Shown here: piece after piece, positions 7,682 to 11,984 of the stretch
Numbering within the stretch: the stretch's first letter is position 1
Layout: every line of letters starts with the position of its first letter
NCBI GenBank assembly: GCA_031422435.1
Contig: JANPLU010000076.1
Span: forward strand, 1-11,984
Reading direction: 5' to 3'
DNA: 11,984 nucleotides
From: Acaryochloridaceae cyanobacterium VAR_48_metabat_390
Lineage (GTDB): Bacteria; Cyanobacteriota; Cyanobacteriia; Thermosynechococcales; Thermosynechococcaceae
Notes under the pieces: model-generated
What the model saw: the letters and a program-made list of their open reading frames with translations, nothing else
Database searches by the model: none
Told to the model about the DNA's origin: nothing
Program-made: the position numbers and the translations under genes

Positions 7682-8941
7682 TCACAGCAAATGAATATAG
7701 GATAAATTTTGAGGGCTAAAGTGGGCAGTCCAGGCCAAATTCAGCTTCTCTAGGCAGCGGACTAACCAGTCTACAGATCCACGCGATTGTAATCCGTAGT
7801 GTTGAAATAGAAGAGAAAGCCGCCGCTCTAAGTAAGGCTTTACCTTACTGCACAACAGCACCACCTTCAGCAGCAGCCCTACGGTCAGCGTAGACCCTAA
7901 ATTATTTAACAAATCCATAAATACGGAGTGATTCGGTCGCTGCTTACTTTCAATCACCATAAAATTGAGAACCTGATTGCAGGTACGCACCACAAGAAAA
8001 TCATTCACCGCAGAGGCATCACTCTCGGGCTGAAGGCTGTTGAGATACCCTCGAAACTGATCGTTAAATCGGCACTGCCCAAACTTTGACGGAATACTGC
8101 TGGCAATGTAATCGGTCAAAGCTACCTTAAATTTTCCATAGGTTTGAGGCTGCTGTCCCGGCATCCAAAACTGCTGAGCCATTTCTTTATAGGTTCCGCG
8201 CGAGTCTACTTTTGCGACGTAGTGCCTCAGACTTGAGCAGATATCTTGATGGGTCAACAGCGTCGGGTTCTTTGAAGGGGCAGTGGATATTGTTTGATTC
8301 TGCTTTTCTTTATGAATCAGAGAATACGTCAGATAGCTGGATAAATCCTGCTGAAACTGCCGACTCGCATTGCGTTGGGTCACGACAATCAGCTTTTGGT
8401 AGTCTTCGCCGTCGTCTTGATTGGTAAGACAATGCGAATAAAGATAAGGATAGCGGTGCAGCAGGGTAGATAAAGGGCGCTGTTTATCAGCGTCATTATT
8501 AGGGTTCAGCAGGTCAGCCAACTGACGAATACGCTGAAAGTAGGGGCTTTGCACAAATTCATGAACTGAAAACCGTAGGCGTCCAGTGGGACTAGGCTGT
8601 CCGCCAATCACCGAGGCACCACGGCATTGATGGAGCAGCTCCACTAATTCTATGATGGCTCCTCGATGGAGCATATTCATCTGCCAACGGTTAATCAAAA
8701 TAAAGCAGCAGCGGTTGAAAAATGGCTGAAAGCTATGTTTTAGATTCCACCCTCGCAAAAGCTCATTTAGGGTCATCCGAATACTAGGCTCAGGGTACAT
8801 TCCACCCTGAATAAACAAAAGTTGAAACCGCTGGAGTACTTGTTCTGGTAACTCCGTACGGACACAGTGGAGAAAATGATCATAGACGACCTGCTCCAGT
8901 ACTTTAACGGATTGATGGGTATGAGTGTCTAAGACGTTCAC
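7682..8941 (-). CDS. Uncharacterised soluble, probably alpha-helical protein (~420 aa)
   Basis: Long open frame (433 codons from TTG 8983). GTG 8941 is a plausible alternative start and the start is uncertain. Segments such as RYPYLYSHCL, NPTLL and GLLLKVVLLCSKVKPYLE look like a conserved cyanobacterial hypothetical family (from recollection). No catalytic motif recognised. Confidence 0.8.
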   Translation of the reverse strand: MNVLDTHTHQSVKVLEQVVYDHFLHCVRTELPEQVLQRFQLLFIQGGMYPEPSIRMTLNELLRGWNLKHSFQPFFNRCCFILINRWQMNMLHRGAIIELVELLHQCRGASVIGGQPSPTGRLRFSVHEFVQSPYFQRIRQLADLLNPNNDADKQRPLSTLLHRYPYLYSHCLTNQDDGEDYQKLIVVTQRNASRQFQQDLSSYLTYSLIHKEKQNQTISTAPSKNPTLLTHQDICSSLRHYVAKVDSRGTYKEMAQQFWMPGQQPQTYGKFKVALTDYIASSIPSKFGQCRFNDQFRGYLNSLQPESDASAVNDFLVVRTCNQVLNFMVIESKQRPNHSVFMDLLNNLGSTLTVGLLLKVVLLCSKVKPYLERRLSLLFQHYGLQSRGSVDWLVRCLEKLNLAWTAHFSPQNLSYIHLL

Positions 8942-9200
8942 GGCAATTTCCACCGCTATAAAGAAGAATTTATGATCGATCAAGGGTTAAGCCGTCAGAC
9001 AAAAACTTACGTCAAGTGTCCCTACAAAAATTTCACTTGGGTATAGCTTTAGTCGTAGTCCTAACCTAGGATGCCCTTCTACTTCTGCATTTCTAACATT
9101 CATCGCAGTAAATTTCTACCAGGCTTTTATTTGCATAGCGTTTCCCGATTCCAAACCCACCACAAAGCCACCGCTTGAGGATTAACTAATTTCCTGCCGT

Positions 9201-9242
9201 TAAAACAAAAAAGAGGGCGTTAACGCCCTCTTTTTTGTTTTA
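9201..9242. terminator. Bidirectional intrinsic terminator downstream of aqpZ
   Basis: TAAAACAAAAAAGAGGGCGTT/AACGCCCTCTTTTTTGTTTTA: GC-rich stem with U-tracts on both strands, 28 nt after the aqpZ stop. Confidence 0.9.
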
Positions 9243-9270
9243 GCCAACGACCTATTGAAAAATTGAGAGT

Positions 9271-10056
9271 TTACTCTCTATAGGCAGCAGCTCTAGTCGC
9301 TTCTGCTTCAGAGACTGTCTTAGGTGCGCTAAAAACGGCATTGTAGACAAACCCTGCAATCACAGCGCCTACAATCGGTGCCAACCAAAACAGCCAGAGC
9401 TGGGCAATATGCTCAGTCCCCGCAAACAGAGCCACCCCTGTACTACGGGCAGGATTGACGGACGTATTGGTAACGGGAATGCTAATTAAGTGAATCAGCG
9501 TTAGTCCTAGACCAATAGGTACGGGTGCAAAGCCTTGAGGTGCGCGTGCATCCGTCGCGCCTAAAATAATAATCAAGAAAAAGAAGGTCATGACCACTTC
9601 TGTTACCAAAGCCGCAAAAAGGGAATATCCGCCAGGTGAATATTCGCCAAATCCGTTTGTCGCCAGTGGGTTAGACCCAGATAGCTCGAACCCAGCTTTG
9701 CCGCTGGCAATGAGGTAAATCACACCACCACCCACCACTGCCCCAAGCACTTGAGCAACAATGTACGGCAGCAAATCTTTGGCAGGAAATCGCTTGCCAG
9801 CCCAGAGGCCAAAAGAGACCGCCGGATTAAAGTGACCACCCGAAATATGGCCCACTGCATAGGCCATCGTCAAAACCGTTAGACCAAAGGCAAGAGAAAC
9901 ACCCACAAATGCAATCCCTAGTAAAAGGGTTGCTTCTTCACCCTTGGGTCCAAGTTTTGCGGTAAACGCAGCGGCTAGCACAGCGCTACCGCAGCCGCCT
10001 AACACCAGCCACAAGGTACCCAGAAATTCTGCAACTAATCGACTTACAAGAGGCAT
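9271..10056 (-). CDS. aqpZ: Aquaporin Z (MIP family), 261 aa
   Basis: [22 protein letters not shown]-terminus and both NPA motifs ([16 protein letters not shown]), plus [11 protein letters not shown] and [12 protein letters not shown] 10056 with upstream GGAG is preferred over the ORF-track start at 10122. Confidence 0.96.
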   Translation of the reverse strand: MPLVSRLVAEFLGTLWLVLGGCGSAVLAAAFTAKLGPKGEEATLLLGIAFVGVSLAFGLTVLTMAYAVGHISGGHFNPAVSFGLWAGKRFPAKDLLPYIVAQVLGAVVGGGVIYLIASGKAGFELSGSNPLATNGFGEYSPGGYSLFAALVTEVVMTFFFLIIILGATDARAPQGFAPVPIGLGLTLIHLISIPVTNTSVNPARSTGVALFAGTEHIAQLWLFWLAPIVGAVIAGFVYNAVFSAPKTVSEAEATRAAAYRE

Positions 10057-10090
10057 ACTTAACTTCACTCCCATGTACTTCACTAAGATT

Positions 10091-10118
10091 AAAATCATGA
10101 TCAAATGATCATGATTTT
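10091..10118. promoter_or_regulatory. Perfect 13-2-13 inverted repeat upstream of aqpZ (candidate operator or 5' UTR hairpin)
   Basis: AAAATCATGATCA-AA-TGATCATGATTTT, 35-62 nt upstream of ATG 10056. Confidence 0.55.
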
Positions 10119-10366
10119 TCAAGCCCCCCTTTATTTAGATACTGCTATCCTTGATACAGCTAGAAAACCAGCTTAGGGCGTTTGCTTTTTTTGCGCAAAT
10201 TTTATTTGCTTAACTCAGGACATTTTTCATGAATCTGTAACAATTTCGTCACGTTACGGATGACTTTTGCGGCCATGACTGTTTATTTCATGCTCATACC
10301 GCCTGACGTCAAAGTGATCAGGGCTAATTCCTTTTTTTGTTTTTAGCTTGTCGGATCTGTCTGGTG

Positions 10367-11983
10367 TCAGGTCAATCGTTCTGGCTGTGCCATTTTCATC
10401 AAAAGGCGATGGGCACTGCGATCCATTTCGTTTTCAGCAGGGCGGCGCTGAATATACTGACCATCAGGCTGTAAATCCCAGGCGTGGCGATTGTCGCTGA
10501 GATATAAATCCAGTAATTCCCGAATCTGCATGGCAAGGTCTGGATCTTCAATGGGCACAACGGCCTCCACCCGACGCTCTAGGTTGCGGGTACGCCAGTC
10601 TGCACTGCCAATAAAGACTTTGGGTTTTCCATTGTTGTGGAAGTAAAAAATGCGCTCGTGTTCTAAAAAGCGACCAATAATGCTGATGACGCGAATATTA
10701 TCGCTAAGACCCTTAATTCCAGGCTTAAGAGAGACATTACCCCGCACAATGACGTCGATTTGTACCCCCGTTTGAGAGGCAGCATACAGCGCTGCGATCA
10801 TCTCTGAATCTAAGAGAGAATTCATTTTGACAATGATGCGCCCCTTTTTGCCGCGTCGCTCTAGCTCCATTTCTCGCTGGATGAACTCAATCATGCGATC
10901 TCGTAGATTGACAGGCGCGACCAATATTTTGCGGTAAGAGAGCTGCCGAGAATAGCCCGTCAAGTGGTTAAACAAGTCCGTTAGGTCAGCGCCTAAGTCT
11001 TCGCGACAGCTAAAGAGTCCCAAATCGGTGTAGAGTCTGGCGGTTTTGGGATTGTAGTTCCCCGTCCCAATATGCACATAGCGACGGAGTTTCTGCCCTT
11101 CACGGCGCACCACTAAAACAACTTTTGTATGAGTTTTTAGACCTACCAGGCCATACACCACATGGGCACCCACCTTCTCTAGCTTGCGCGCCCACTGAAT
11201 ATTATTGGCCTCGTCAAACCGCGCTTTCAGCTCAACGAGCGCGACCACCTGTTTCCCGTTCTCGGCGGCTGTAATAAGGCTGCTGACAATGGGGGAATCT
11301 GCAAACTTAGAATCCCCTGCCGTGCGGTAGAGCGTCATTTTAATGGTCAGGACGTTAGGGTCATGGGCGGCTTCGGCAACAAAGCGATGTACTGTCGATA
11401 AAAACGAGTCGTAGGGGTGATGCACCAAAACATCGCCCGTACGAATGATGGAAAAAATATCCATCTGATCGTCTTCGCCATGAAGGTTGATAACGCCTGA
11501 ATCTTCTTCGCCTGGGAGGGGCAAAGCCGCCAACTTTCTGAGGCGAGGGGGAACGACGGGCGTCCAAGAAGGATCTTTTAATTCTGGGAACGGGAGGCTG
11601 CTGAGGGCAAATAAATCACTCAGGCTCAATAAGCCTTCCACGGCATAGATGTCTTGGTCAATTAAGTCCATTTCTTCCATGAGGGTTTTTTGAAGCTCTG
11701 GGGGGGTGCCCACCTGAATCTCCATCCGCATTACAGAGCCAAATCGACGCTTGCGAATTTCCTGCTCGATCGCCAGCAGTAAATCATCTGCTTCATCTTC
11801 TTCAAGCTCAAAATCGGCATTACGCGTAATGCGGAACGGATGACAGGTCTGAATTTCCATGCCTGGAAACAGCTTATAGAGGTTGTGGGTAATGACCTGC
11901 TCTAGGGGCACACCCCACCAGCGGAGGTTCTCCGTATCGCTTTTAGGAATGGGCAGCGCCACAAATCGCGGGAGTTGATCGGG
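10367..11983 (-). CDS. ppk1: Polyphosphate kinase 1 (5' part lies outside the window)
   Basis: FRITRNAD, LVHHPYDSF (phospho-His motif), IKMTLYRT, VELKARFDEANNI, IGTGNYN, GSADW and RNLERRVE. The frame is open to the window edge (PDQLPRFV). Confidence 0.97.
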   Translation of the reverse strand, partial: PDQLPRFVALPIPKSDTENLRWWGVPLEQVITHNLYKLFPGMEIQTCHPFRITRNADFELEEDEADDLLLAIEQEIRKRRFGSVMRMEIQVGTPPELQKTLMEEMDLIDQDIYAVEGLLSLSDLFALSSLPFPELKDPSWTPVVPPRLRKLAALPLPGEEDSGVINLHGEDDQMDIFSIIRTGDVLVHHPYDSFLSTVHRFVAEAAHDPNVLTIKMTLYRTAGDSKFADSPIVSSLITAAENGKQVVALVELKARFDEANNIQWARKLEKVGAHVVYGLVGLKTHTKVVLVVRREGQKLRRYVHIGTGNYNPKTARLYTDLGLFSCREDLGADLTDLFNHLTGYSRQLSYRKILVAPVNLRDRMIEFIQREMELERRGKKGRIIVKMNSLLDSEMIAALYAASQTGVQIDVIVRGNVSLKPGIKGLSDNIRVISIIGRFLEHERIFYFHNNGKPKVFIGSADWRTRNLERRVEAVVPIEDPDLAMQIRELLDLYLSDNRHAWDLQPDGQYIQRRPAENEMDRSAHRLLMKMAQPERLT

Positions 11984-11984
11984 C

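Noticed and set aside
9014..9023. Minus-strand AGGGACACT resembling an alternative-sigma (SigF/SigJ-type) -10 element upstream of the hypothetical gene
   Set aside because: Short and mismatched; cannot be supported without TSS data.
1096..11567. Short shadow ORFs (1096-1302, 2641-2868, 3136-3408, 4347-4559, 4750-4959, 5161-5406, 5300-5575, 5800-6039, 6014-6382, 6989-7177, 8212-8427, 11361-11567)
   Set aside because: All lie antisense or out of frame over well-supported genes and show no protein-like motifs.
4799..11984. Antiporter, aqpZ and ppk1 as one osmotic/ion-homeostasis system
   Set aside because: Different strands, an intervening gene and a terminator; proximity alone is not evidence of a shared system.
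1..11984. CRISPR array, tRNA/rRNA, transposase or integrase
   Set aside because: No regularly spaced direct repeats, RNA-gene signatures or recombinase motifs were seen.

Overview
Cyanobacterial chromosomal window: it has seven perfect HIP1 octamers (GCGATCGC) and cyanobacterial-type L28, RF2 and antiporter sequences. The right three quarters (3001-11984) is mostly housekeeping. It contains prfB with its programmed +1 frameshift, rpmB, a divergent CPA2 cation/H+ antiporter coupled to a small membrane-anchored protein, an uncharacterised ~420-aa protein, aqpZ and the 3' part of ppk1. The left quarter (1-3000), downstream of prfB, is accessory. It carries an AbrB/VapC type II toxin-antitoxin pair and a very AT-rich (~30% GC in sampled lines), HIP1-free gene for an ABC/AAA ATPase fused to a TOPRIM-like (OLD/DUF4435-type) domain. 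That gene is split into two ORFs by one extra base in a 7-nt homopolymer and is the best candidate for an uncharacterised anti-phage system. Non-coding signals of note are a perfect hairpin just upstream of the prfB shift site, a 13-2-13 inverted repeat before aqpZ, a 42-bp perfect palindrome after aqpZ, a REP-like element between rpmB and prfB, and degenerate HIP1 clusters bracketing the accessory genes. All family calls come from reading motifs by eye; no searches were run.
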